In this document: positions 37,294 through 47,284 of the stretch, in pieces | Numbering within the stretch: the stretch's first letter is position 1 | Layout: each line of letters starts with the position of its first letter | Source: a virus | Lineage: Duplodnaviria; Caudoviricetes | Reading direction: 5' to 3' (one strand) | Length of the DNA stretch: 64,000 nucleotides | IMG/VR virus record: IMGVR_UViG_3300035491_000281 | The notes under the pieces: model-generated | Told to the model about the DNA's origin: nothing | Database searches by the model: none | The model's input: only the letters and a program-made list of their open reading frames with translations | Translations under genes and position numbers: made by a program

Positions 37294-38319
37294 TTATGCC
37301 ACGTATTCGTGGTCAGTGAAAATCAGGGCGTCGAGTTCCGAGATCGACCAGTCGAGATTCAGACGGTTAGGGCCGGTTACGACGTCAACAAATTCGGCCT
37401 CGGTGAACGTTACGCCAGGCATTCCAAAGAACGCCGAGTCAGTGCGTCGTACCGGACTGAGTACATTGGAAAAATCCAAGTCGTCCAGAATCAACGGATA
37501 CAGGGCTCCACCTACCTCAAATCCCAGAGGGCGTGCTTCAAAGAGGATATCGTCCTTAGAAATCAACTCCAGACACGGGCGCCAAAGATAACTGCTGCCC
37601 GCGGTGCCGGCGGGGGCGGAACTGATTGAGGTAGGGTTACGCAATACTCGATTAGTGGGCGAGCCTTCATAGACGGCCGGGGTATGTTCCCAGTTACCGG
37701 CCCCTAAGGCCGAACGGGTATAACCTAACGGCCAGATCCCCTCGGTGAGGTGTTTGATCAAGGCGTCGTACTCACCGCCAGCTACATTTGACGGGTCGGT
37801 ATCGGTACCCGTCAACACCCGTACTTTGACGGCGTAATCGTCAAACGGTACTACTGTCAATTGATCCACAGCCGTACCATCACTGGCGAGGTTGGGGCCA
37901 GGACCTTCAACCCCATGGACGATGCCGGTCTTGTAAAGGTCATCCCAGCTGATGTAGTTACGCAACGGTTTCTTCGCTACGTAGAGGATCTTACCTTTGT
38001 GGATGAACTTCAACCAACCACCAGTGTCGCTCAACGTGGTCCCGGCAGACAATCCCACATTTAAGGCCAAGATATCCCCACTGAACAACTCCGCATCGGT
38101 CATCTCGCCAAGGAACCCGGAGTTGAAGGTACCCGCCTGCAGAGTCTTAGGACCCGGCCCCATGTCGAACGCGGCGCGGGTCTTGATCTCAAACCCGCCG
38201 CGGGTAACGCCATCGTGCAGCCGTAGGCTGTTGTCGTCGGTATTGATGGTGACCGTACCCGGGGGGAGGGTTATCGCATTGTTTTGCGCTGTGTTCCCGC
38301 GCAACAAGCGTGTGCGCAT
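37294..38319 (-). CDS. Mtd-like paralog, class A, 341 aa
   Basis: LRGNT...RLHDGVTRGGF; core; WRPCLEL plus a C-terminal extension. Confidence 0.7.
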   Translation of the reverse strand: MRTRLLRGNTAQNNAITLPPGTVTINTDDNSLRLHDGVTRGGFEIKTRAAFDMGPGPKTLQAGTFNSGFLGEMTDAELFSGDILALNVGLSAGTTLSDTGGWLKFIHKGKILYVAKKPLRNYISWDDLYKTGIVHGVEGPGPNLASDGTAVDQLTVVPFDDYAVKVRVLTGTDTDPSNVAGGEYDALIKHLTEGIWPLGYTRSALGAGNWEHTPAVYEGSPTNRVLRNPTSISSAPAGTAGSSYLWRPCLELISKDDILFEARPLGFEVGGALYPLILDDLDFSNVLSPVRRTDSAFFGMPGVTFTEAEFVDVVTGPNRLNLDWSISELDALIFTDHEYVA

Positions 38320-38335
38320 AATGAAATCCTCAGAC

Positions 38336-38374
38336 TAAATAAAAAGCCAGGGGATTCCCCTGGCTTTATGCCGC
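38336..38374 (-). terminator. CGGCATAAA-led intrinsic terminator
   Basis: Minus strand CGGCATAAAGCCAGGGG-AAT-CCCCTGGCTTTTT. Confidence 0.75.
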
Positions 38375-38381
38375 TACTGAC

Positions 38382-39548
38382 TTAAGCCAGCGTTCCTTGG
38401 TCAATGATCCAATCACCTGCCGTTGCGTCGTAATAGATACCGACGGACTGGAGGAAGGCTTCCAGCGCCTGTGGACTGACTGGCTTGAGCGCCTCGGTTG
38501 TTCCGGGCTGCATGTCGGTCGCTGGGTCAGCCATGACCAGCTGCGACCAGTTACCCGTACCATCGCGCAGGAAGCGTGCCGCGGGATCAGCCGAAGGCGC
38601 CTCCTCCACGTCACCACCCGGAATCGTCCAGATTCCTTCGGCATCGCGGGTAATCCCCGCATCTGCAAGCAGGGCCATAGTGGCACTCGGGGTGGCCAGG
38701 TGTTCGGCCGAAGTACCGGCGATCATGGTGGCGGTGTCAGCCGCCGGATAGTTCGGGACGCTACCCAAACCCAGGTTACCAGCGGTCAGGGTAATGTTAC
38801 CCGTCTCGTCCGGCGTCTGCTCGTTGACTGCAGTGACACCACCCTGGACGTTCACGTTACCGGTGGCGTCGGGAACACTACCATTGACGGTCAGCACACC
38901 AACATCTACCGTCACGTTCCCTTCAGCGTCCGGCGCAGCCCCGTTGACACTCTTGACAGTGCCGGTACCACCCTCGAAGCCCTGAAGTTTCAGGGCGATG
39001 AACGCCGTGGTGGCCAGGCTGTCGTCATTACTGTCGAGCGCCGGGGTGGGCGCTGTCGGGTTACCGGTAAACTCCGGGGAGTTGGTGTTGGCCTTCTGAT
39101 TCCAGATGTCGGTCATGTACTGGGTCATGTTGCCAAAAGCATACGTGTAGCGCAGCTTATGACCTTCGTAGTCCAGACTACCAACACTGATGACATTGGC
39201 GTTGATGCTGGGGACCACGTCGCCCATCACCTCGCCGGTGACACTGTTGATGATCAGAGCCGACCAGACCTTCTGGTCCTTGACCGGGTTATCTGCTGTC
39301 ACCTGCCCGTTGGCGATGACTTTTTCTTCAGTGGCAAACTTCAGCTCAGGCTTGCGATCGGACCATACCGGGGCCCAACGGTTACCTATAGCATCCCACT
39401 GATACTGCACTACACCGCCGCCGAATTCGGGATCACCCGTGGCGTCATTCACGGTGACTTTCATCCCCGGGAAGCGTTTGGTGATCTCGTTGCGGTCGTT
39501 GACGGTGTTGACAATCCGACTACCATCGTTGGCAACCAGAATACCCAT
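38382..39548 (-). CDS. Putative virion fibre/decoration protein, 388 aa
   Basis: AGGAG RBS; three VNGxxPDxxGN[VI] repeats; C-terminus DQGTL shared with the 41326 protein. Confidence 0.6.
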   Translation of the reverse strand: MGILVANDGSRIVNTVNDRNEITKRFPGMKVTVNDATGDPEFGGGVVQYQWDAIGNRWAPVWSDRKPELKFATEEKVIANGQVTADNPVKDQKVWSALIINSVTGEVMGDVVPSINANVISVGSLDYEGHKLRYTYAFGNMTQYMTDIWNQKANTNSPEFTGNPTAPTPALDSNDDSLATTAFIALKLQGFEGGTGTVKSVNGAAPDAEGNVTVDVGVLTVNGSVPDATGNVNVQGGVTAVNEQTPDETGNITLTAGNLGLGSVPNYPAADTATMIAGTSAEHLATPSATMALLADAGITRDAEGIWTIPGGDVEEAPSADPAARFLRDGTGNWSQLVMADPATDMQPGTTEALKPVSPQALEAFLQSVGIYYDATAGDWIIDQGTLA

Positions 39549-39573
39549 AACTCATACTCCTGCTTAAAACGTC

Positions 39574-39607
39574 ATAAACAGCGCGGATTAACGCCCGCGC
39601 TGTTTAT
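39574..39607. terminator. Hairpin
   Basis: ATAAACAGCGCGG-loop-CCGCGCTGTTTAT. Confidence 0.6.
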
Positions 39608-39619
39608 TAGGCATGAGAC

Positions 39620-40615
39620 TTAGCCAGCCACGTACAGGTACTGGACCTGGACGGTGTTGCCATCCCACTGGTTCGCGGAGTCAGTGGAAATGGTGAACAC
39701 TTTCGGGTCAGCAGTCGCGACCAGCGGAGCGTCGTAGGCGATGCCTTCGGCGCTCATGTAACGCACGGTGCCGAAGTTCATCACGCCAGCCAGGCCGCCT
39801 TTCGGGGCGTTGGTCAGAGTGATCTGGCCGCCAACGGCAACCACCAGGCTTTCCAGCGCGGGTAGCGAACCACCTTGCTTGGCAGCTTCATCCGCGTAGG
39901 TCTTGACGGCGGCAGCGGACGGGGCGTTGTCAGCCGGAGCAGCAACCGCCAGATCCTGAGCCAGACCAGCCTTGAGCACGGCGTCGTCCAGGTCGATGGC
40001 CTGAGTCACGCTGAGCAGACCCACCTTGGCCTTGTCGGCGTCGGTGTAGGCATTGGTGTCGTCGTTACCTTCGTACGAGGCCTTGATGGCGGCACCGTTG
40101 ATGGAATTCTCCAGGCTGTCCTGATCGGAGAGCTTGGTCCAGCTGGTAGCCAGGCCAGTGACTTCATCGAAGGCGGTCGGCTTGTACATGGCCCACTTGC
40201 CGTCGCCATCGTCGATCACGAAGACGCGGTCAGCGGTGTCCAGATCAGCCAGCGCGTCACGCTCGGTCAGGTTCGCAACGTTGAAGTTGGAACCCATGTT
40301 GAGCTGAGCGGCGGTGATCTGATCGGCAACCTCGGTGCTGGAGAGCACGTCGAGGTTGGTACGGGCGATACCGGCATCCTGCAGGTCACCCAGGTTGGCG
40401 CTCTTCTGCAACGCAGCACCGGCGGTGTCGGAAACCGAACCGACGACTTCGTTGATGGCAGCCACCAGGCTCGACTTGGCCTGGGTGTTCAGAGTGGCGA
40501 GGTCACCGTCGGCGGTGCCGCGGGCGGTTGCTTCGTCGGCAATCGCCTGGTTGATAGCTTCGAGGTCGCTGACGAGACCTGCGATAGAACTTTTGTGGCG
40601 CTTCAAAATAGCCAT
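39620..40615 (-). CDS. Abundant virion structural protein (fibre/decoration-like), 331 aa
   Basis: GGAG RBS; strong codon bias; GDLATLNTQAKSSLVAAINEV and LQKSANLGDL fibre-type motifs. Confidence 0.65.
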   Translation of the reverse strand: MAILKRHKSSIAGLVSDLEAINQAIADEATARGTADGDLATLNTQAKSSLVAAINEVVGSVSDTAGAALQKSANLGDLQDAGIARTNLDVLSSTEVADQITAAQLNMGSNFNVANLTERDALADLDTADRVFVIDDGDGKWAMYKPTAFDEVTGLATSWTKLSDQDSLENSINGAAIKASYEGNDDTNAYTDADKAKVGLLSVTQAIDLDDAVLKAGLAQDLAVAAPADNAPSAAAVKTYADEAAKQGGSLPALESLVVAVGGQITLTNAPKGGLAGVMNFGTVRYMSAEGIAYDAPLVATADPKVFTISTDSANQWDGNTVQVQYLYVAG

Positions 40616-40729
40616 TAGCTAGTACTCCGTGAGAGCAGATGATGATGAGCTGTGGCTGTGCCGTTCCGTTCGGGTTAGGAAAGAGAAAATCACTTCCACA
40701 TAAAATAGCAACTAAAAATACTAAGCTGC

Positions 40730-41218
40730 TTATACAGGTAAATCCCCCAGGTAGGAGACCACCAACCCGCTGATATTCCCTTTGATCAGCTCGTAATCTT
40801 CCGGTGGGAGACGGACGTAGTGGTTACCGTTCAGGACCACTTTCGACAGTCCCGTCACCTCGATAAAGCTCCCGTCGGTGTAATAGACGTGAGCCAGGTC
40901 CATGAAAAACCCCCCGTAGGGTGCGGATGGCAGCAGAGCCATCCCGTAGCGGTCCACTGGTAAGCGTGGGGTGGTTACCAACCCTACTCCCAGTTGGACA
41001 AAATCAAGTTTGGGCTCTAGGCTGGCTAACCACTCTTCTTCAGTGCCCACAAAGCCATGGGCGACGGCGATTTCATACGCCGACTTTCCTTTGAGAAGGC
41101 CTGGTCGGATACGTCGATGCTGCCATGGTGCGCCGACGCCGGGGCGATGTATCGCCTCCAGCCAGATTTCCCCGGAAAGGATATCGATCGGCGTGAAGCT
41201 TGAAATCCTGTTGGTCAT
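40730..41218 (-). CDS. Short paralog of the SAYE-repeat protein, 162 aa
   Basis: N-terminus RISSF..LSGEIWLE resembles that of 41326; single GKSAYEIAV..GFVGTEEEWLASL repeat. Confidence 0.7.
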   Translation of the reverse strand: MTNRISSFTPIDILSGEIWLEAIHRPGVGAPWQHRRIRPGLLKGKSAYEIAVAHGFVGTEEEWLASLEPKLDFVQLGVGLVTTPRLPVDRYGMALLPSAPYGGFFMDLAHVYYTDGSFIEVTGLSKVVLNGNHYVRLPPEDYELIKGNISGLVVSYLGDLPV

Positions 41219-41284
41219 GGCTTCATACCTGAGAAAGCCGATTGATTGGAGTGTGCTATATAATCAGTGTTTTTTCATGCAGGC

Positions 41285-41316
41285 AAAAAAAGAACAGGAG
41301 GGCCGAAGCCCTCCTG
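41285..41316 (-). terminator. Intrinsic terminator
   Basis: Minus strand CAGGAGGGC-TTCG-GCCCTCCTG-TTCTTTTTTT. Confidence 0.8.
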
Positions 41317-41325
41317 CTAGACCGC

Positions 41326-44300
41326 TTACACCGACGGCAACGTCCCTTGGTCGTTGATCCATTCACCCGAGGCTTCGTCCCAGACGATCCCCATGCTGGC
41401 GAAGACTTCGTTCAACAATTTAGGTGTGACTTCAGCGGTGGTAACCGCCGCCGTCTGCACCTGGTTTACCGTGGCTTCTGTAACCGGAACCCATTCGCCA
41501 AACTTGCGCTTGTACTCCTGGTTCGGATCATCCGCCGGGACCAGTACCTCACCTGTGGTCGGGTCGGTCTGTGCCGGTTGTGGTTCAGGTACTTCCTCGA
41601 CTTCCGCCGTCAGTACCGACCAGTCGCCGTCCTTGCGAACGTACTGCTGTCCGTCAACTGGGGCTTCCTCGACCTCAGCTGTCAACTCGATCCACTGCTT
41701 GTCCTTACGGACGTAGCTGAGACCGTCTGCCGGTGCCTCGTCAACCTTCGGGGTGAGAATCGCCCAGGCGCCGTTGATACGGACGTATTGCTCGCCGTCG
41801 ACAGGAGCCTCGTAGACGTTACCACCGCCGAGGTGCCCCATGGATGCCCAGCTAACGTCTGACACCTTTTGGTAGTACTGCTGGTCGAACTGGTCCATGT
41901 AGAAGTCACCGACGTTACCGGTGATGGCCTGTGGAGGGCCTTCCATCACGATCCAACGGTTACCGTTGAGCGACTCAAGCCATTGTAGCTCGGTCAGGGT
42001 CGAGTCCGGGTTCTGTTCCTTGAACACCTCGTAGGCCGATAGACCGTCGATGCTGTTCAGCCATTCGGCTTCGGTACCGGTGAACCCGTTACGTACAGCG
42101 ATCTGGTAGTTGCTATCACCAGTCTCGCCTTGATCACCCTTGTCCCCCTTATCGCCCTTATCACCTTTCGGACCACCAAACTGACCGAGATCCTGCCAGC
42201 TCGCCGGCTCACCGATCCAGGCCCATACGTTCCCAGCGATGACGTAGGCATCGTTGATAGCGTTACCGTCCGCCGGCAGCTCGTCGGCGGTAGTTAGCTG
42301 TCCTTTGATGATCAGGGCAGGTGCAACCTCCCCCTGTTCCCCCTGGTCGCCTTTGTCACCTTTGAGGCTGGCTCGCCATTCGGCTTCGGTCCCGACAAAG
42401 CCCGCATCCACCGCCAAGGCGTACGCCGATTTCCCTTCCAGCGACGCGATCCATTCAGCTTCGGTACCGACGTAACCAAGCGCGACAGCCGTCTGGTATG
42501 CCGAAGCACCAGTTTCCCCACGGATAGCTCCGAGGTTTTTCCAGGTCCCCGCGACGTAACCGTAAAGATCACCGTTGATCAGGTAACCCTCGCCACTGAC
42601 ACCAACCTCTGGCAGCAAATCGACGCTGTCGAGGGTATCGATGATCGCCAGTTGCGCGCCAGGCAGGCCTTGATCACCCTGATCACCCTTGTCGCCTTTG
42701 AGGCTCAGCAACCAGTCGGCTTCCGTGCCGTTAAAGCCATTGTCACGAGCAACCTCGTAGGCAGACTTACCCTCCAGGCTGAGGAGCCAGTCCACCTCAG
42801 TACCCACAAAGCCTTGGTTGAGTGCGACATCGTAGGCCGAAGGACCTGCGATTTCTCCGCCGTCGACCCAGGTTCCGGCTTGGTAAACGTAGAGGTGGCG
42901 ACCGACCAGATAGACTTCGTCTTCGACTGCTTCGGCGGGAAGTTCCTCAACCGTCGCTACCGCGCCGTTGATGACCAGACTACGCCCCATAGGACCTTCC
43001 GGACCCTGTGGACCTTCGTCACCTTTGTCGCCCTTGAGCGACGCCAGCCAATCCGCTTCCGTCCCGACGTAGCCGGCAACCAACGCCAGCTCGTAGGCTG
43101 ACAGACCTTGCTCGCCTTTGAGCGAGGCCAGCCATTCTTCGGCAGTGCCGACAAAACCACCAGCGACGGCGATCTCGTAAGCCGACGCCCCGGTAGCCCC
43201 AGTCAGGCTAGCTACCCAGTCCGCGTAGGTGCCGTTGAAACCATCGATGACGGCCAGCTCGTAAGCCGATTTACCGGCCGGACCTTCTTCGCCTTGAATA
43301 CCCTGGATACCTTGCGGCCCCATGATTTCGCCGGCGTCGAACCAGCGGGTACCGGTCCAAACCCAAAGATGACGTACAATGAAGTAACCGTCACCCGGCT
43401 GAGCGTCGATTGGCAGTTCGGCTTCCGTGCTGACTTCACCCAACACCTTGATAGCGTTGGCCGGGTCACCCTGAATGCCCTGCTCGCCTTTCTCACCGCG
43501 TGGGCCGACCAGAGTTACAAGCCACTCGGCCAGCGTGCCGGTGTAACCGCCTGCCACTGCCACCTCGTAGGCCGACTTGCCAGTCTCCCCTTTCAGGGAA
43601 GCCAGCCATTCTTCGCGCGTGCCGCTGTAACCGGAGGCCACCGCCACGGTGTAAGCATCGCCGCCCTTGAGGCTGTTGAGCCATTCGCGCAGAGTACCAA
43701 CGAAACCGGTGTCCAGCGCGTGCTGGTAGGCCGACTTGCCGGTGGGACCCACTTGACCGACCGGTACCCACTTCTTCCCTTCCCAGACCCACATCTCGTA
43801 CTTGATAATGTACGCGTCACCCGGGTAGTTGTTGTACTGGGGTAGCCAGACGGTAGAGCTGAACGAACCCAGAATCTTCAGACCGGCGCCAGTCTGTCCT
43901 TTGAGGGACTCTAGCCACTCGGTGACCGTTCCCTGAAATCCGTCAAGCACTGCCAAGTCGTAGGGCGACAAACCCTGATCGCCCTGGTCACCCTTCAGTG
44001 TCGCCAGCCACTCGATCTCAGTGCCGACGAAGCCTTGTTCGACCGCAACCTGGTAGGCAGACAGACCCTGGGGGCCGGCGTCACCTTGAACACCCTGGTC
44101 ACCGGTATCGCCCTTGTCGCCTTTAAGGGAGGCAATCCATTCGTCCAGAGTACCCACGAAGCCGAGGTCTTGCGCCAGCTGGAACGCCGACTTACCCTTG
44201 AGGCTTTCCAGCCATTCCGGGGTCGAACCCGCATAGCCGGCTTGGACGGCGATTTCATAGGCGGACAGGCCGTTGGGGCCAACCAGACTCAGTAGCCATT

Positions 44301-44520
44301 CCTCGACGGTCCCGGTGTAGCCTTCCAGCTGCGCCAGGTCGTAGGCGCTCAGACCAATCTGACCGCGCTCGCCTTCATCACCCTTGTCCCCTTTGAGGTC
44401 AAGCACCCGAAACTTCATGTTGCGGTACGACTCGGTACCGGCCACGCGCTGGATCACCTCGATCCAGTCGTCCCCGGTGAGCAGTCCCGCCTGTTGGAAC
44501 TCAGAAATCCTACCTGCCAT
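41326..44520 (-). CDS. Collagen-like/SAYE-repeat virion fibre protein, about 1064 aa (start MAGRIS)
   Basis: AAGAGG RBS; about 17 SAY[E/Q/D]..GF.GT..EWL.SL.G repeats, short Gly-X-Y runs, five L.I.G..LP..GD.Y..W modules, four EAP.DG..YVR..W repeats. Confidence 0.8.
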   Translation of the reverse strand: MAGRISEFQQAGLLTGDDWIEVIQRVAGTESYRNMKFRVLDLKGDKGDEGERGQIGLSAYDLAQLEGYTGTVEEWLLSLVGPNGLSAYEIAVQAGYAGSTPEWLESLKGKSAFQLAQDLGFVGTLDEWIASLKGDKGDTGDQGVQGDAGPQGLSAYQVAVEQGFVGTEIEWLATLKGDQGDQGLSPYDLAVLDGFQGTVTEWLESLKGQTGAGLKILGSFSSTVWLPQYNNYPGDAYIIKYEMWVWEGKKWVPVGQVGPTGKSAYQHALDTGFVGTLREWLNSLKGGDAYTVAVASGYSGTREEWLASLKGETGKSAYEVAVAGGYTGTLAEWLVTLVGPRGEKGEQGIQGDPANAIKVLGEVSTEAELPIDAQPGDGYFIVRHLWVWTGTRWFDAGEIMGPQGIQGIQGEEGPAGKSAYELAVIDGFNGTYADWVASLTGATGASAYEIAVAGGFVGTAEEWLASLKGEQGLSAYELALVAGYVGTEADWLASLKGDKGDEGPQGPEGPMGRSLVINGAVATVEELPAEAVEDEVYLVGRHLYVYQAGTWVDGGEIAGPSAYDVALNQGFVGTEVDWLLSLEGKSAYEVARDNGFNGTEADWLLSLKGDKGDQGDQGLPGAQLAIIDTLDSVDLLPEVGVSGEGYLINGDLYGYVAGTWKNLGAIRGETGASAYQTAVALGYVGTEAEWIASLEGKSAYALAVDAGFVGTEAEWRASLKGDKGDQGEQGEVAPALIIKGQLTTADELPADGNAINDAYVIAGNVWAWIGEPASWQDLGQFGGPKGDKGDKGDKGDQGETGDSNYQIAVRNGFTGTEAEWLNSIDGLSAYEVFKEQNPDSTLTELQWLESLNGNRWIVMEGPPQAITGNVGDFYMDQFDQQYYQKVSDVSWASMGHLGGGNVYEAPVDGEQYVRINGAWAILTPKVDEAPADGLSYVRKDKQWIELTAEVEEAPVDGQQYVRKDGDWSVLTAEVEEVPEPQPAQTDPTTGEVLVPADDPNQEYKRKFGEWVPVTEATVNQVQTAAVTTAEVTPKLLNEVFASMGIVWDEASGEWINDQGTLPSV

Positions 44521-44602
44521 GATGGCATCCTCTTCAATCTGCATATAAACAAAGTTCCGACCACCGACCGGTATGGTGGGTGAACGGATCTTCTATTACG
44601 GG

Positions 44603-45469
44603 TTAGGCCACCGCGCGCAGGGCCTTGAGTTTCTTCAGATGGCTGCTGTGGGCGGTACTCAGGCGGACGTCGTAAGGCGGGTTGTGTTTGTAATAACCCG
44701 GCCCGTTGTAGCGCTTTGCAAAGCCGGTCCAATCCAGTTCCTTCAACGCCCTCTGCAGGACGGGGTCTTGCTGAATGAAGCGCACAAAGGCTTCCAGCTG
44801 ATCCCGCTCACTGCGTTGCATGCGGGTGACAAAGTCATCGATGCTCGCATACCCCAACACCTTCCAGTGGTAACCCATGATCTGGTATCCGCCCCAACTG
44901 CACGACTCCAGCGCAGCTTCCCGATGAATGGCCTGAGCTTTCTGCAGGCGGTCGTACTCGGCCTGACCCCCGCGGTACCCACCCGTTTTGGCATTCACCA
45001 ACTCGGGGTGGTGGATTTCGTACAGACCCGGGTTCACCCCGTGTGCCCGCAGACGCTTGCGCATCACGTGGCGTTCGTACAGAATGGCTGCCGAACCGCT
45101 GCTGAAAAAACCGCTCCCTCGGGATTCTACCTCGTTCACCGCCATGACGGCCGCCACCGAGACCTTCAGGGTTTTGGCCGCCCATTCCAGATCGGCTTGG
45201 GTCAGCAGGCGCCGATCGAAAGTCGGGTTGCGTAGGTGCGCCAACGTCTTCGGTCCGGCGATGCCATCGACCACCAGTCCCGCTTTCTTCTGAAACAGAC
45301 GTACCGCCGTCTCCGTGCCGTCGCCGAACTTACCGTCGCGACCCGTAGTGAAACCGGCTTTGGTCAGAAGTTCTTGCAACTCCAGCACCGCTGGGCCGCA
45401 CTCACCGTTACGTAACACCCCATCCTGGTCGGGTACGAAGTTACCGTCCCGAAAGAGTACTGCTGTCAT
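44603..45469 (-). CDS. Modular endolysin: PG_binding_1 plus DUF3380-type N-acetylmuramidase, 288 aa
   Basis: G..V..LQ..L...DGKFG..TE.AVR.FQ..AGL.VDGIAGPKT; AVNEVES, SWGGYQIMGYHW, FAKRYNGPGY. Confidence 0.92.
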   Translation of the reverse strand: MTAVLFRDGNFVPDQDGVLRNGECGPAVLELQELLTKAGFTTGRDGKFGDGTETAVRLFQKKAGLVVDGIAGPKTLAHLRNPTFDRRLLTQADLEWAAKTLKVSVAAVMAVNEVESRGSGFFSSGSAAILYERHVMRKRLRAHGVNPGLYEIHHPELVNAKTGGYRGGQAEYDRLQKAQAIHREAALESCSWGGYQIMGYHWKVLGYASIDDFVTRMQRSERDQLEAFVRFIQQDPVLQRALKELDWTGFAKRYNGPGYYKHNPPYDVRLSTAHSSHLKKLKALRAVA

Positions 45470-45488
45470 GACTACACCTCAGTGAGCG

Positions 45489-45866
45489 TTAGAAAAAGGT
45501 TTTGATCTGGGCTACCGTTTCCTTATACGCCCCATACACTCCAACGGCGGCCGACATGGCTTTGCGCCGCCAGGTGGGTACATCACACTCGGCCAGGGCA
45601 CGACGGAAGAACTTATTGGCAACCCGCCACGGTTGTCCGGACTCCAGTAGATGGTCATGCACGGCCGCGGCCGGGAAATAACGATCCACTGGAGGGAAGA
45701 GCCACCACAACCAGCGTGGAACCGTAGCGCCATCCGTGATAAAGCCGGCCGGGACGGTGTGTCCGGCAATTACGATATCTTCACGCAGCTGGTAACGTAC
45801 CAGCTGATGCCATTTATCAGGTAGAAGCATGTCCACCGGATACACCATTGGAATTATTTTGGCCAT
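45489..45866 (-). CDS. DUF1353-family protein, 125 aa
   Basis: VPAGFITDGATVPRWLWW..P...YFPAAAVHDHL. Confidence 0.85.
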   Translation of the reverse strand: MAKIIPMVYPVDMLLPDKWHQLVRYQLREDIVIAGHTVPAGFITDGATVPRWLWWLFPPVDRYFPAAAVHDHLLESGQPWRVANKFFRRALAECDVPTWRRKAMSAAVGVYGAYKETVAQIKTFF

Positions 45867-45922
45867 GGTGCGGTACCACTTAAATGGAAAGACCCGGGGG
45901 CATTAACCCCCGGGATCAGTCG

Positions 45923-46648
45923 TTACACGCTCGGGGCGGTTTGTAGCTCCAGGCGCGCCTGATCGAATTCGACGCGCACGTCAAACTCCGTCAGTGCAGC
46001 CTCGTCCAGCATCGCCGTGAGGGCCTCATCAACGCGCCGCTCGGCGGTGAAGCATTCCTGCACATGCTTACTACAGGCCTGGGCTAGCGGCGTTAGTTCG
46101 GTCAGCGTGACCTGTACCCAACCGGTCGCCGACTTCCAATCCACCGCCGTGACGAACCCTTTGTCCAGGGTGGTGTACGCGGCGTTGAGCTGCCCTTGCG
46201 ATTCCCGGTCAGTCAGCACGTGCACGCCTTGTTCGGTGGTCACGCCACTGGTTTCGATCTTGTAGCGGTAGCCGGCCAGTTCTTGACGCTTGACTTGACG
46301 CACCCGCTCCAGACGGGCCTCCTGCACGGCCGTGGTGTTGACCAGATCAGCCAGGTACGGGCAGGTACTCTCCACCTCGACCGAGCCGAACTCGACGTAA
46401 TCGGCCACTTCACCCAACCACTGGGCAGGGATCAGCTGGGCGTTGACTTCGTCCAAGCGGGCCTGTTGGGCAGGACTCAGGCTGTTGGCCTCGAACTTCA
46501 GGCCCGTGTGGTGCCACCAGCGGTTGACGAACTCACGCCAGTACTGCTCGTTGTGGTCGTATTTGACACGCTGGGTTTCACGGTCATAGAAGGTCACACG
46601 CAACCGGAAGGGTTCGTACAGACCCGTTTTCTCGTTGAAGTAGATCAT
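45923..46648 (-). CDS. DUF4376-domain (tail fibre assembly-like) protein, 241 aa
   Basis: RY.IETSGV..VLTDRESQ..L..WKSATGWV.VT..L..A..HVQECF.AE. Confidence 0.75.
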   Translation of the reverse strand: MIYFNEKTGLYEPFRLRVTFYDRETQRVKYDHNEQYWREFVNRWWHHTGLKFEANSLSPAQQARLDEVNAQLIPAQWLGEVADYVEFGSVEVESTCPYLADLVNTTAVQEARLERVRQVKRQELAGYRYKIETSGVTTEQGVHVLTDRESQGQLNAAYTTLDKGFVTAVDWKSATGWVQVTLTELTPLAQACSKHVQECFTAERRVDEALTAMLDEAALTEFDVRVEFDQARLELQTAPSV

Positions 46649-46671
46649 TGCTGTTTTCCTGTGCTAGGGGC

Positions 46672-47205
46672 TTAGGTCGATTCCATCAGACGGTAACTAC
46701 CATCTTCCAACAAACGAGGATCGCCATTCTCCATCAGACGGGCATCGTCTGGAATACTCAAGGACGTGATATTCACGTCTGCTTCACCATACCAGACGAG
46801 ACTGTCCGGTCGGGCTTTTAGGCGGTATGTAAACGACATACCCACCGGCGCCAGCTGCACGATGGCCATGGAAGTATCTTCCGGGCCGATGTACATACCA
46901 CGAACACGGTTGATTTCCTCGACGATCGCTTTGGGGGTAACCGCCCCACTTAAACTGATCTCGACGGGTTCTTTCAGTGCAATCCCAAAGTCCAACCGAC
47001 GATACACGAACGGTTTCTTACAATTGATGTCGGTGTTCTCGACCTCAATGAAGGTGCGTCCGGGTGAGGTTGGCGTTGGGGCCAAAAAGGGTTTTTCGAA
47101 CCGAGCGGTCGCTTCGGTCAAACCGAAGCGGGGTCGGATCTCTTGGATGAGCCGTACAAGGGCCTGCCGGGATGGCAAGTCGTACGGGAAACGGTCAGTT
47201 GCCAT
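46672..47205 (-). CDS. Virion structural protein paralog, 177 aa
   Basis: PSRQALVRLI..YRRLDF similar to 26670; C-terminal RLMENG/RLLEDG repeats. Confidence 0.65.
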   Translation of the reverse strand: MATDRFPYDLPSRQALVRLIQEIRPRFGLTEATARFEKPFLAPTPTSPGRTFIEVENTDINCKKPFVYRRLDFGIALKEPVEISLSGAVTPKAIVEEINRVRGMYIGPEDTSMAIVQLAPVGMSFTYRLKARPDSLVWYGEADVNITSLSIPDDARLMENGDPRLLEDGSYRLMEST

Positions 47206-47284
47206 TACCTGCCCTCAACTGTATTTTAAGGACTTACTTATTCCCATAGCATTGTAATTTTTTACCGGGCGCCTCTAGGCTCCG

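Noticed and set aside
32488-38319. Complete DGR system
   Set aside because: No RT, Avd or adenine-variant template repeat is recognisable in the window; kept only as a hypothesis
41326-44520. Nucleotide tandem repeats as a non-coding array
   Set aside because: Repeats are conserved at the protein level with synonymous divergence inside one ORF
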